Assembly: GCA_035650715.1 (NCBI GenBank)
Contig: DASRHC010000004.1
Span: 85,160 to 149,159 of the forward strand
Origin: Candidatus Methylomirabilota bacterium
Lineage (GTDB): Bacteria; Methylomirabilota; Methylomirabilia; Rokubacteriales; CSP1-6
Direction of reading: 5' to 3'
DNA: 64,000 nucleotides
The notes beneath the pieces are model-generated. The model saw only the letters and a list, made by a program, of their open reading frames with translations, did no database searches and was not told the origin of the DNA. The position numbers and the translations under genes were made by a program. This document shows positions 30,438 through 38,655 of the stretch, one piece after another (the first letter of the stretch is position 1; the number at the start of each line of letters is the position of its first letter).

Positions 30438-31107
30438 GCGGCCGGCTCGATGGCAGCGCGATCGTGGTCACCGGAGGCGCGGCCGGGCTCGGGCTGGCCT
30501 ACGCCCGCCGCTTCGTGCGCGAGGGGGCGTGCGTGTTCCTGGCCGACATCGTGGATCCGGCCCCCGCGGTCGCGAGCCTCGACGCGGGGGATCGCGCGGC
30601 CGGCTGCCGGGTCGACGTGGCCTCGTCCGCCTCGGTGGACGCGATGGTGGCCGCCGCGCTGCGCCACCTCGGGCGTATCGACGTGCTGGTGAACAATGCG
30701 GCGGTCTTCGCGACCCTCACCCCGAAGCCGTTCGAGACCATTCCGGAGGAGGAGTGGGACCGGGTCATGGCGGTCAACGTGCGCGGCATGTGGAACTGCG
30801 TGAAGGCGGTCACTACGTGGCGTCCAAGGGTGCGGTGATCGCCATGACCCGCGCGCTCGCCCGCGAGCTGGGCGACGACGGCATCGCGGTCAACGCGGTG
30901 GCGCCTGGCCTGATCCTGAGCGACACCGTGCGAGCCAATCCGGCGGTCACCGGCTTCCAGGCCGCGAGCGTGCTCCAGTCCCGCGCCTTCAAGCGGGAGG
31001 CGCTGCCGGAGGACGTGGAGGGCGCGGTGGTGTTTCTCGCCTCGTCGGACAGCGCCTTCATGACCGGCCAGACGCTGGTCGTCGACGGCGGATCGGTGTT
31101 CGTCTAG
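30434..31107 (+). pseudogene. SDR-family oxidoreductase disrupted by an internal ~85-nt deletion or frameshift
   Basis: GTG start overlaps the gntR stop (GTGA). The N-terminal part (IVVTGGAAGLG...VLVNNAA...NVRGMWNCVKAV) is in the frame of ORF 29429..30838. The C-terminal part (HYVASKGAVIAMTRALARELG...GGSVFV) is in the frame of ORF 30529..31107. About 28 residues around the catalytic Ser are missing between them. Confidence 0.5.
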
Positions 31108-31114
31108 GCCCGCC

Positions 31115-32128
31115 GTGCTGACCACCGTCCCCGTCATCGACATCGCCCCGTTCGCCCCCGGTGCGCACGGCCCTGCCGCGGCGCGCGACGCGGTCGCGAG
31201 GGCGGTGGATGAGGCCTGCCGCGACATCGGCTTCTTCACGATCGCCGGACACGGGGTGCCGCCCGCGCTGGTCGATCGCATGCTGGAGACCTCGCGCGCC
31301 TTCTTCGACCGGCCGCTCGAGGAGAAGCAGCGGGTCGCGCGCCCGCGTCCGGAGCAGAGCCGCGGCTACATCGCGCTCGGCGCGGAGAACCTCTCCTACA
31401 GCCGGGGCGACGCCTCCACTACCGATCTGAAGGAGTTCTTCGCCATCGGCCCGGTGGACGTGCCCGACGACGAGTATCACCGGCGGCCGGAGGCCTACCC
31501 GTCGTTCGCGCCTAACCTCTGGCCCGAGCGGCCCGCGGACCTCCGGGCGGTGTGGACGGAGTACTACCGCACGATGGAGGCGCTGGCCGGGCGCCTCATG
31601 GCCATCTTCGCGCGGGCCCTCGATCTGCCCGAGGACTACTTCCGCCGCTTCATCGAGCGCCACATCAGCGGCATCCGGGCCAACCACTACCCCGAGCAGG
31701 TGGAACCGCCCGCCCCGGGGCAGATCCGCGCCGGCGCGCACACCGACTACGGCGCGGTCACCATCCTGCTGCCCGAGAACGTGCCGGGGCTGCAGGTGCT
31801 GAACCGCGCCGGGGTCTGGACCGACGTGGTGGCCCCACCCGGCACCTTCGTCTGCAACATCGGCGATCTCATGCAGCACTGGACCAACGACCGGTGGATC
31901 TCCACCATGCACCGGGTGGTGAACCCGCCGCGCGAGGCGGCGGCCGGCAACCGGCGTCTGTCGATCCCGTTCTTCTTCCAGCCCAACTACGACGCCGTCA
32001 TCGAGTGCCTGCCCACCTGCTGCGGACCCGACCATCCGCCGCGCTACGAGCCGGTCACCTCCGGCCGGCACCGGCTCACCAAGTTCCTGCGGGGCGTCGG
32101 CGCGACCGCGCCGGGCCTCCGAGGCTGA
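31115..32128 (+). CDS. 2-oxoglutarate/Fe(II)-dependent oxygenase (isopenicillin N synthase family)
   Basis: 337 aa: the DIOX_N-like VPVIDIAP, and the HxD...H facial triad (HTDYG...H). Confidence 0.85.
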   Translation: MLTTVPVIDIAPFAPGAHGPAAARDAVARAVDEACRDIGFFTIAGHGVPPALVDRMLETSRAFFDRPLEEKQRVARPRPEQSRGYIALGAENLSYSRGDASTTDLKEFFAIGPVDVPDDEYHRRPEAYPSFAPNLWPERPADLRAVWTEYYRTMEALAGRLMAIFARALDLPEDYFRRFIERHISGIRANHYPEQVEPPAPGQIRAGAHTDYGAVTILLPENVPGLQVLNRAGVWTDVVAPPGTFVCNIGDLMQHWTNDRWISTMHRVVNPPREAAAGNRRLSIPFFFQPNYDAVIECLPTCCGPDHPPRYEPVTSGRHRLTKFLRGVGATAPGLRG

Positions 32129-32132
32129 CGCC

Positions 32133-33191
32133 ATGACCACCGATCGCTCGCCCCAGTGGGACCGCTACGCCACCGCGCTGTCCTCCATCGCCGCCGCGGT
32201 GGGCCGCACCCCGCTGGTGCGCCTCAATCGCCTGACCCGCGACCTCCGGCCCGCGATCTACGTCAAGGTGGAGTGGTACGGGGCGACCGGGAGCCTCAAG
32301 GACCGCATCTACCTCCACATGTTCGAGCGGGCCGAGGCGCGCGGCGACCTCAAGCCGGGCATGCAGGTGCTCGAGTGCTCCACCGGGAATGCGGGCATCG
32401 CGTGCGCGTGGGTCTCGGCGGTGAAGGGCTATCCGTGCACGATCGTGATGCCGGAGGGGATGAGCGACGAGCGCAAGAAGATCATGCGCGCCTACGGCGC
32501 CGAGCTGGTGTTCACGCCCGGCGGGGAGAGCGACGTGGACCTCTCGCTCGAGCGCCTCCGCGCCATCCGCGACGCGGCGCCCGGCCGCTACTGGGTGCCG
32601 GGCCAGTTCGACAACCCGGACAACGTGGAGGCCCACGTCCTCAGCACCGGTCCCGAGCTCTGGGAGCAGTCGGGCGGGCGCATCGGGGCGTTCGTGGACT
32701 CGCAGGGCTCGGGCGGCCTGCTCACCGGGGTGGGCCGCTACCTGCGCAGCCGCGATCCCCAGGTGAAGCTCTACGCGGTGGAGCCGGCGGAGTGCGCGCT
32801 GCTGTCGCGGCGGGCGTGGGGGCACCACGGCATCGAGGGCATCGGCGACGGCTTCGTGCCCCGCAATCTCGACGTCTCCCTGCTCACCGGCGTGATCACC
32901 ACCACCACCGAGGAAAGCGTGGACATCGCGCGCCGCCTCGCCCGCGAGGAAGGCATCTTCTGCGGGATCTCGAGCGGCTGCAACGTGGCCGCCGCGCTCA
33001 AGCTGGCCCGCCGCCATCCCGAGCTGCCTTCGGTGGTGACGGTCATCAACGACACCGGCCAGCGCTACTTCACCACCCCGCTCTGCGGGGAAGCCAAGCA
33101 CGTGGAGATCCCCGAGCGCGAGCATCCGCTCGACCCCTACACCGTGGAGCAGCTGGACCGCTACCAGAAGGGCTGGGAGGTGCTCGCGTGA
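32133..33191 (+). CDS. PLP-dependent cysteine synthase / cystathionine beta-synthase family enzyme (CysK-like beta-replacement enzyme)
   Basis: 352 aa: the Lys motif GATGSLKDR, STGNAG, and the GISSG loop. Confidence 0.85.
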   Translation: MTTDRSPQWDRYATALSSIAAAVGRTPLVRLNRLTRDLRPAIYVKVEWYGATGSLKDRIYLHMFERAEARGDLKPGMQVLECSTGNAGIACAWVSAVKGYPCTIVMPEGMSDERKKIMRAYGAELVFTPGGESDVDLSLERLRAIRDAAPGRYWVPGQFDNPDNVEAHVLSTGPELWEQSGGRIGAFVDSQGSGGLLTGVGRYLRSRDPQVKLYAVEPAECALLSRRAWGHHGIEGIGDGFVPRNLDVSLLTGVITTTTEESVDIARRLAREEGIFCGISSGCNVAAALKLARRHPELPSVVTVINDTGQRYFTTPLCGEAKHVEIPEREHPLDPYTVEQLDRYQKGWEVLA

Positions 33192-34150
33192 CGATCGCGC
33201 CGCGCGAGTACGACTTCGAGGCGGCGCGCCGCCGGCTCGAGGCCAAGCCGAAGGCGGCGGGGCCGAAGCTCGTGTCGCTGGAGGCGGCGGCCGCGCTGAT
33301 CAAGGACGGCGACCACGTGGCCATCGGCGGCTGCCTCTACTCGCGCACGCCCCTGGCCCTCGTCTGGGCGCTCCTGCGCCGGCGGCCGCGCCACCTCACC
33401 TTCTCGCGGAACCTGATGTGCTACGAGGGCGAGTGGGGCATGGTGGCGGGCGCGGTGGACAAGGTCGTCACCTCGTGGATGGGCATCGGGCTGCCGTGGG
33501 GGCTCTCGCGCATCCAGCGGGAGTTCGTGGAGGCCGGCCGCGTGGAGTTCGAGGAGTGGAGCCACCTGGGTTTGGGCCTCCGCTACCGCGCGGCCGCGAT
33601 GGGCGTGCCCTTCCTGCCGTCGCTCACCATGCTGGGCTCGGGGCTGATGGGCGTGGGCGGCTCCCGGATGGTGGAGTGCCCGTACACCGGCGCGCGCCTC
33701 CACGCGGTCCCGGCGCTCTTCCCGGACGTGGCGATCATCCACGTGCAGCGGGCCGACCGTCTCGGCAACTGCCAGATCGACGGCTACCCCCACATGGACG
33801 GCGACATCGCCCGCGCCGCCTCCACCGTCCTGGTGACCGCGGAGGAGATCGTGGACGAGGACGAGATCCGGCGGCACGGCGATCGCACCGTGATCCCCGG
33901 ATTCACCGTGGACGCCGTCGCCCACGTGCCGTACGGCTCCTACCCGCACGAGTGCTACGGGGCCTACGACTCCGAGCCCGAGCACTTCACCACGTACGTC
34001 GAGGCGATCCAGCAGCGCGGGGCCGGCGGCGTCGCGGACTACCTCGAGCGCTACGTCTACGCGCCCGGCAGCCACGCCGAGTACCTGGCCCTGTTCGGGG
34101 AATCCCGTCTCGCCCGAGCGGCCGAGCGGGGCCGGATGCTGACGACGTGA
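33188..34150 (+). CDS. CoA-transferase subunit A (glutaconate/3-oxoacid CoA-transferase family)
   Basis: GTG start overlaps the upstream stop (GTGA). C-terminal 320 aa of ORF 32156..34150. Confidence 0.8.
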   Translation: MTIAPREYDFEAARRRLEAKPKAAGPKLVSLEAAAALIKDGDHVAIGGCLYSRTPLALVWALLRRRPRHLTFSRNLMCYEGEWGMVAGAVDKVVTSWMGIGLPWGLSRIQREFVEAGRVEFEEWSHLGLGLRYRAAAMGVPFLPSLTMLGSGLMGVGGSRMVECPYTGARLHAVPALFPDVAIIHVQRADRLGNCQIDGYPHMDGDIARAASTVLVTAEEIVDEDEIRRHGDRTVIPGFTVDAVAHVPYGSYPHECYGAYDSEPEHFTTYVEAIQQRGAGGVADYLERYVYAPGSHAEYLALFGESRLARAAERGRMLTT

Positions 34151-34908
34151 GCGTGACCGCGAGCGAGCTGCTGGCCGTGATGGGGGCCCGCGAGCTGCGG
34201 GACAACACGACCGTGTTCACGGGAGTGGGCGCACCGATGATGGCCTCGGTGCTCGCCCAGCGCTCGCACGCCCCCGGCCTCACCATGATGGTGGAGGGTG
34301 GGGTCATCGGCCCGATGTGGAAGCCGGGGGAGCTGCCGATCTCCACCAACGAGATGCGCGCGGCGTACCGGGCCCAGGCGCTGCCCGGCATCACCGACGC
34401 CTTCCTGCTCGCCCAGCGCGGCTTCTTCGACGTGGGCTTCATCGGGGGCGCCCAGATCGACCGCCACGGCAACCTCAACACCAGCGCCATCGGCGGCTAC
34501 GCCCGGCCCAAGGTCCGGCTGCCCGGCAGCGGGGGCGCCAACGACATCATCTCGCTCTGTCGCGAGGTGATGATCCTGACCGTGCACGAGAAGCGCCGGT
34601 TCACCGAGCGGGTGGACTTCGTGACCAGCCCCGGCTACCTGGAGGGCGGCGACGCCCGCCGGCGCCACGGCCTGCTCTTCGGCGGCGTCTCCCGCCTGAT
34701 CACCACCCTGGGCATCTTCGGCTTCGACAACGAGGACCACCGCATGGAGGTCCTGGCCCTGCATCCGGGCTGCACCCTCGAGCAGGTCCGCGAGCACACC
34801 GGCTTCGAGGTCCTGGTGAGCCCCAGGCTCACGACGACAAAGCCGCCCACGGACGAGGAGCTCGCCATCCTTCGCATGCTGGACCCAGCGCGCCAGTTCA
34901 TAGGATGA
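34147..34908 (+). CDS. CoA-transferase subunit B
   Basis: GTG start overlaps the subunit A stop (GTGA). Subunit-B-like blocks: GVGAPMMASVLAQ, and GGAQIDRHGNLN. Confidence 0.8.
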   Translation: MSVTASELLAVMGARELRDNTTVFTGVGAPMMASVLAQRSHAPGLTMMVEGGVIGPMWKPGELPISTNEMRAAYRAQALPGITDAFLLAQRGFFDVGFIGGAQIDRHGNLNTSAIGGYARPKVRLPGSGGANDIISLCREVMILTVHEKRRFTERVDFVTSPGYLEGGDARRRHGLLFGGVSRLITTLGIFGFDNEDHRMEVLALHPGCTLEQVREHTGFEVLVSPRLTTTKPPTDEELAILRMLDPARQFIG

Positions 34909-34962
34909 CCACATGCCCGATCGCCCAGCGAGTCCGCGTACGACCAATCACCGGCCGAATCC

Positions 34963-35030
34963 ACAGTCGGTTGTCCGCCGGCTGGGGGAGTGCGGGGGCC
35001 ATTTCGGGGCCCCCGCAGCTGAAGAGCTTG
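34963..35030. repeat. Third, inverted copy of the 65-bp hairpin repeat seen at 24927-25062
   Basis: The reverse complement matches the tandem units: CTCTTCAGCTGCGGGGGCCCCGAAATGGCCCCCGCACTCCCCCAGCCGGCGGA. Lies between the CoA-transferase B stop and the LLM start. Confidence 0.8.
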
Positions 35031-35067
35031 AGGAAGCAGACGGTAGCCCGCTTTCGGCGAACAGGAG

Positions 35068-36012
35068 GTGCCGCCCGTGACCGACTTCGGCCTCGCCATT
35101 CGCAACTTCGTGGGCCCCGGCGAGGTGCCGGACATCCCTGCGCTCTACGCCTACGCCGAGCGCGCGGAGGCCCTCGGCTTCGAGTCCCTGTGGGCGTGGG
35201 ACCACGTCCTGCTGGGCGTGGAGCCCTCGTTCCCCATCGTGGACTCCATCACCATGCTGGGCGCGGTGGCGGCGCGCACCCGCACCATCAAGCTGGGCAC
35301 CGGGGTCCTGGTGCTGCCGCTGCGCAATCCGGTGGTGGCGGCCAAATCGCTCGGCAGCCTCGACGTGATCTCGGGAGGCCGCCTCGTCCTGGGCGTGGCC
35401 GCGGGCTGGTATGCGCGCGAGTTCGACGCGGTGGGCGTGCCGTTCAAGCAGCGCGGCCGCCAGTTCGAGCGGAACCTCGACATCCTGATGCGTCTCTGGA
35501 CCGAGGAGCGCGTCACCCTCAAGGTGGACGAGTTCAACCTGCGGGAGGCGGTGATGGTTCCCCGCACCGTGCAGCGCCCGCGCCCGCCAGTCCTGATCGG
35601 CGGCTACGTGGACGCGGTGCTCAAGCGCGCGGGCACCCGGGGAGACGGCTGGCTCACCTACTTCTACACCCCGGAAAGCTTCACCCGGGGGTGGGAGAAG
35701 GTGAAGGCCTTCGCCCGGGAGGCGGGCCGCGATCCCCGCACTCTCACCGCCACCAACCAGCTCGCGATCTACGTGGGGCGCTCGCGGCAGGAGACCGCCG
35801 CCGACATGCGCCAGTGGCTGTCCACCGAGTGGGATACCGCGGCGTGGAGCGAGTCCACCATCGACCACGCCGTGCACGGGTCCGCCGCCGAGTGCGTCGA
35901 GCAGCTGCGCGCCCACGTGCGGACGGGCGTGCATCGGATTATCCTGATCCCGTACCGTTACCAGGCCGAGCAGGTCGAGCGCATCGCCAAGGAGGTCTTG
36001 CCCAAGCTATGA
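35068..36012 (+). CDS. LLM-class (luciferase-like monooxygenase), F420/flavin-dependent oxidoreductase
   Basis: 314 aa with a TIM-barrel LLM signature: LGFESLWAWDH, LGTGVLVLPLRNPVVAAK. Confidence 0.85.
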   Translation: MPPVTDFGLAIRNFVGPGEVPDIPALYAYAERAEALGFESLWAWDHVLLGVEPSFPIVDSITMLGAVAARTRTIKLGTGVLVLPLRNPVVAAKSLGSLDVISGGRLVLGVAAGWYAREFDAVGVPFKQRGRQFERNLDILMRLWTEERVTLKVDEFNLREAVMVPRTVQRPRPPVLIGGYVDAVLKRAGTRGDGWLTYFYTPESFTRGWEKVKAFAREAGRDPRTLTATNQLAIYVGRSRQETAADMRQWLSTEWDTAAWSESTIDHAVHGSAAECVEQLRAHVRTGVHRIILIPYRYQAEQVERIAKEVLPKL

Positions 36013-36797
36013 GCCAGCCCGTCTACATCGACATCAACTGCGACATGGGGGAGAGTTACGGCCGCTGGACCCTCGGGAACGACGAGGAGGTCATGCCGAA
36101 CATCACCTCGGCCAACATCGCGTGCGGCTTCCACGGGGGCGACCCGCACGTGATGCGGCGCACCGTGGAGCTGGCGCTCCAGCACGGCGTGGCGGTGGGC
36201 GCCCACCCGGGCCTGCCCGACCTGATGGGCTTCGGCCGCCGGCGCATGGAGGTCTCGCCGGCCGAGCTGAAGGACTACCACCGCTACCAGATCGGGGCGC
36301 TCTCCGCCTTCGCCAAGGCCGCGGGGACCAAGGTGCAGCACGTGAAGCCCCACGGCATCCAGTACCACATGTTCGAGGAGAACCTCGCGCTCGCGCGGGC
36401 CACCGCCGAGCAGGTGCTCGAGCTGGATCCCGAGCTGATCCTGATGACGATGGCCATGACCAAGTACGATGCCGAGGCCCGCAAGGTGAAGGGCCTCCGC
36501 GTCGCGGCGGAGGGCTTCGCGGACCGGGTGTACGCCGACGACGGCCAGCTCGTGTCCCGCAGGCTCGGCAAGGACGCGCTGATCACCGACCCGTCCAAGG
36601 CCGCCGACCAGGCGGTGCGCATGGCCATGGAGGGCAAGGTGCGCACGATCACCGGCAAGGTCATCGACGCGCACGTGCAGACCATCTGCATCCACGGCGA
36701 CAGCCCGGGCTCGGACAAGATCGTGGCCGCGGTGCGTGACGGCCTGGTGAAGGCCGGCGCCACCGTGAAGCCGCTGCGCGACTGGCTTCCCCGCTGA
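36009..36797 (+). CDS. pxpA: LamB/YcsF-family protein (5-oxoprolinase subunit A, PxpA-like)
   Basis: ATG overlaps the LLM stop (ATGA). Has MSQPVYIDINCDMGESYG and ACGFHGGDP. Confidence 0.85.
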   Translation: MSQPVYIDINCDMGESYGRWTLGNDEEVMPNITSANIACGFHGGDPHVMRRTVELALQHGVAVGAHPGLPDLMGFGRRRMEVSPAELKDYHRYQIGALSAFAKAAGTKVQHVKPHGIQYHMFEENLALARATAEQVLELDPELILMTMAMTKYDAEARKVKGLRVAAEGFADRVYADDGQLVSRRLGKDALITDPSKAADQAVRMAMEGKVRTITGKVIDAHVQTICIHGDSPGSDKIVAAVRDGLVKAGATVKPLRDWLPR

Positions 36798-37260
36798 GAA
36801 GACCTGACGCGTAGCGCAGGTCCTGCAGGGTCGGACCGGGGCGTCCGAAAACGGTACACTGTCTGGCGCTCCTCGTCACCCGGCCTCGGAGCCCCGGCCG
36901 ACCTGCAGGGTGTAACCCTCCGGCCCGCCGTCCGTTTCCCCCCTCCGAAAACTGGCACCGACTTTGCCGTGGAAGAGCCGCGGCACCAACCATGGCGGAC
37001 TACACGGACGGCAGGAGCGTGAAGAGCACGAGGAGCGGCGGCCGCCGGCCCGGCGAGATCAAGCCGAGCGCGGGCCACCGCGGACATCGTCTCGCGGGTC
37101 TTCATGCTCCTCGCGGGGACTTCCGGGAGCGTCACGCCCTGGAGTTCCGACCGCACGAGCACCCCGGTCAGCTCGCGCGGGCTCATCGCCTCCCCCATCA
37201 TCCGCGGGGTCAGGGCCGATGAGCGCGACGGCCGGAATCGCCACAGGGGAGGAACGGACC

Positions 37261-37599
37261 ATGATGCTCACCGAACGCACCAGCGGGAACGCGACGCTTC
37301 GCCTGCTCGCCGGATCGGGGTACCGGCGCGAGCCCAGCGCCATGCCGTCGGATTCGCAGATCGCCCACGCCCTCTACGACGCGCAGAGCGTTCCCGGCAT
37401 GCGGAAGAGCTTCGACGAGATCCTCTTCATGGGCCAGCACAGCACGGGCTGGACGCAGGTCTTCAAGCAGCTGAAGTCGGAAGGCCTCATCGAGGAGCAG
37501 ACCCTCGGTCACGTGGTGGCGCGGTGGACCAACCGCACCGTCCGGAGCCGCCGGCCCGCGATCGCTCCCGCCGACCTCGCGGTCGGCGCGTCCGCCTAG
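37261..37599 (+). CDS. Hypothetical small protein
   Basis: Starts MMLTERTSGN with a GGGGAGGAA RBS 7 nt upstream. Non-biased composition. No family recognised. Confidence 0.4.
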   Translation: MMLTERTSGNATLRLLAGSGYRREPSAMPSDSQIAHALYDAQSVPGMRKSFDEILFMGQHSTGWTQVFKQLKSEGLIEEQTLGHVVARWTNRTVRSRRPAIAPADLAVGASA

Positions 37600-37617
37600 C
37601 CTCCCGTCGTCCCGGCG

Positions 37618-38637
37618 CTACCGCGCGGCCAGCAGCCCCTCGAACCGCGCGGTAGCGCGCTCCCAGTCGAACTGAGTCCTCACGAAGTCCCGCCCGTCCC
37701 GGGCCAGCCGCTCCCGTAGGTCCCTTCCCTCCACCAGCCGCAGCAGCGCCCACGCCAGCGCGTCCACGTCCCGTCGGGGCGCCACCAGCGCGGTGCGGCC
37801 GTCGATGGCGTAGTCGCGGCACCCTCCGTTGTCGTAGGTGCAGAGCGCGGCGCCGCAGGCCATCGCCTCCATGGCGGGCATGCCGAGGCCCTCGTCCCAC
37901 GACGGGCAGAGGTAGATCGGGCAGCGGCTGTAGAGCCAGGCCAGCCGCTCCTGGGGCAGGTTCTCGTGATACTCCGCGAAGGGCAGGCGGCGGGGCGGCG
38001 CCTTGACCCCGAAGCCCACCAGGCTGAGCTCGGGGTGACGCGCCTTCGCGCGGTCGAAGGCCTCGAGCCCGTCGGCCACGCCCTTCCACGGGTACTCGTG
38101 GAAGAGCATGAGCACCCGCAGGGTGTCGTCGGCCTCCACCGGCACCGGATGGAAGAGGGCCGGGTCCACCGGGGTCACGACCACCGCGGCCGGCGAGTCG
38201 AAGCGCTCGGCCATCACGTCGGCGAGCCAGGTCGAGATCACGATCTTGCGCAGCGGCAGCCGGTAGGTCGCGTCCACCCGCGCGGGGTCGCCGTGGTAGA
38301 GGCTCTCGTAGTGCTGGATGAAGTAGAACTTCCGGCCACAGCGGGCCGGCGCCGCGGCGACCGCCTCCACCGACTGCCACGAGGTGGCGATCAGCGCATC
38401 GCCGTCGGGCAGGCGCGCGGCGCTCCACTCGCGGACCCAGTGGATGCGGGCCTCGAGCCCGGGCATCCACTGCGGGCCGGAGCGCGCGCGGTTGCGCCAC
38501 CACGCCGCGATCGCGCGCTTCACCGGCACGATCACCGTCACCTCGTGGCCCCGGCGGGCCAGCCGGTCGGCGTGGATCAGGATCGCGCGGACGCCTCCCG
38601 CGATGCGCAGGTGGGGGCAGAGGAACGTGATCCTCAT
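37618..38637 (-). CDS. Glycosyltransferase family 4
   Basis: 339 aa, the GT4 C-terminal catalytic motif. Begins MRITFLCPHLRIAGGV. Confidence 0.85.
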   Translation of the reverse strand: MRITFLCPHLRIAGGVRAILIHADRLARRGHEVTVIVPVKRAIAAWWRNRARSGPQWMPGLEARIHWVREWSAARLPDGDALIATSWQSVEAVAAAPARCGRKFYFIQHYESLYHGDPARVDATYRLPLRKIVISTWLADVMAERFDSPAAVVVTPVDPALFHPVPVEADDTLRVLMLFHEYPWKGVADGLEAFDRAKARHPELSLVGFGVKAPPRRLPFAEYHENLPQERLAWLYSRCPIYLCPSWDEGLGMPAMEAMACGAALCTYDNGGCRDYAIDGRTALVAPRRDVDALAWALLRLVEGRDLRERLARDGRDFVRTQFDWERATARFEGLLAAR

Positions 38638-38655
38638 AACCTCATCGCACCCCGC

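Noticed and set aside
34317-36797. 826-aa plus-strand ORF
   Set aside because: A chimeric frame running through the 65-bp repeat and the LLM gene out of frame. Only its final 262 codons (pxpA from the ATG at 36009) are real.
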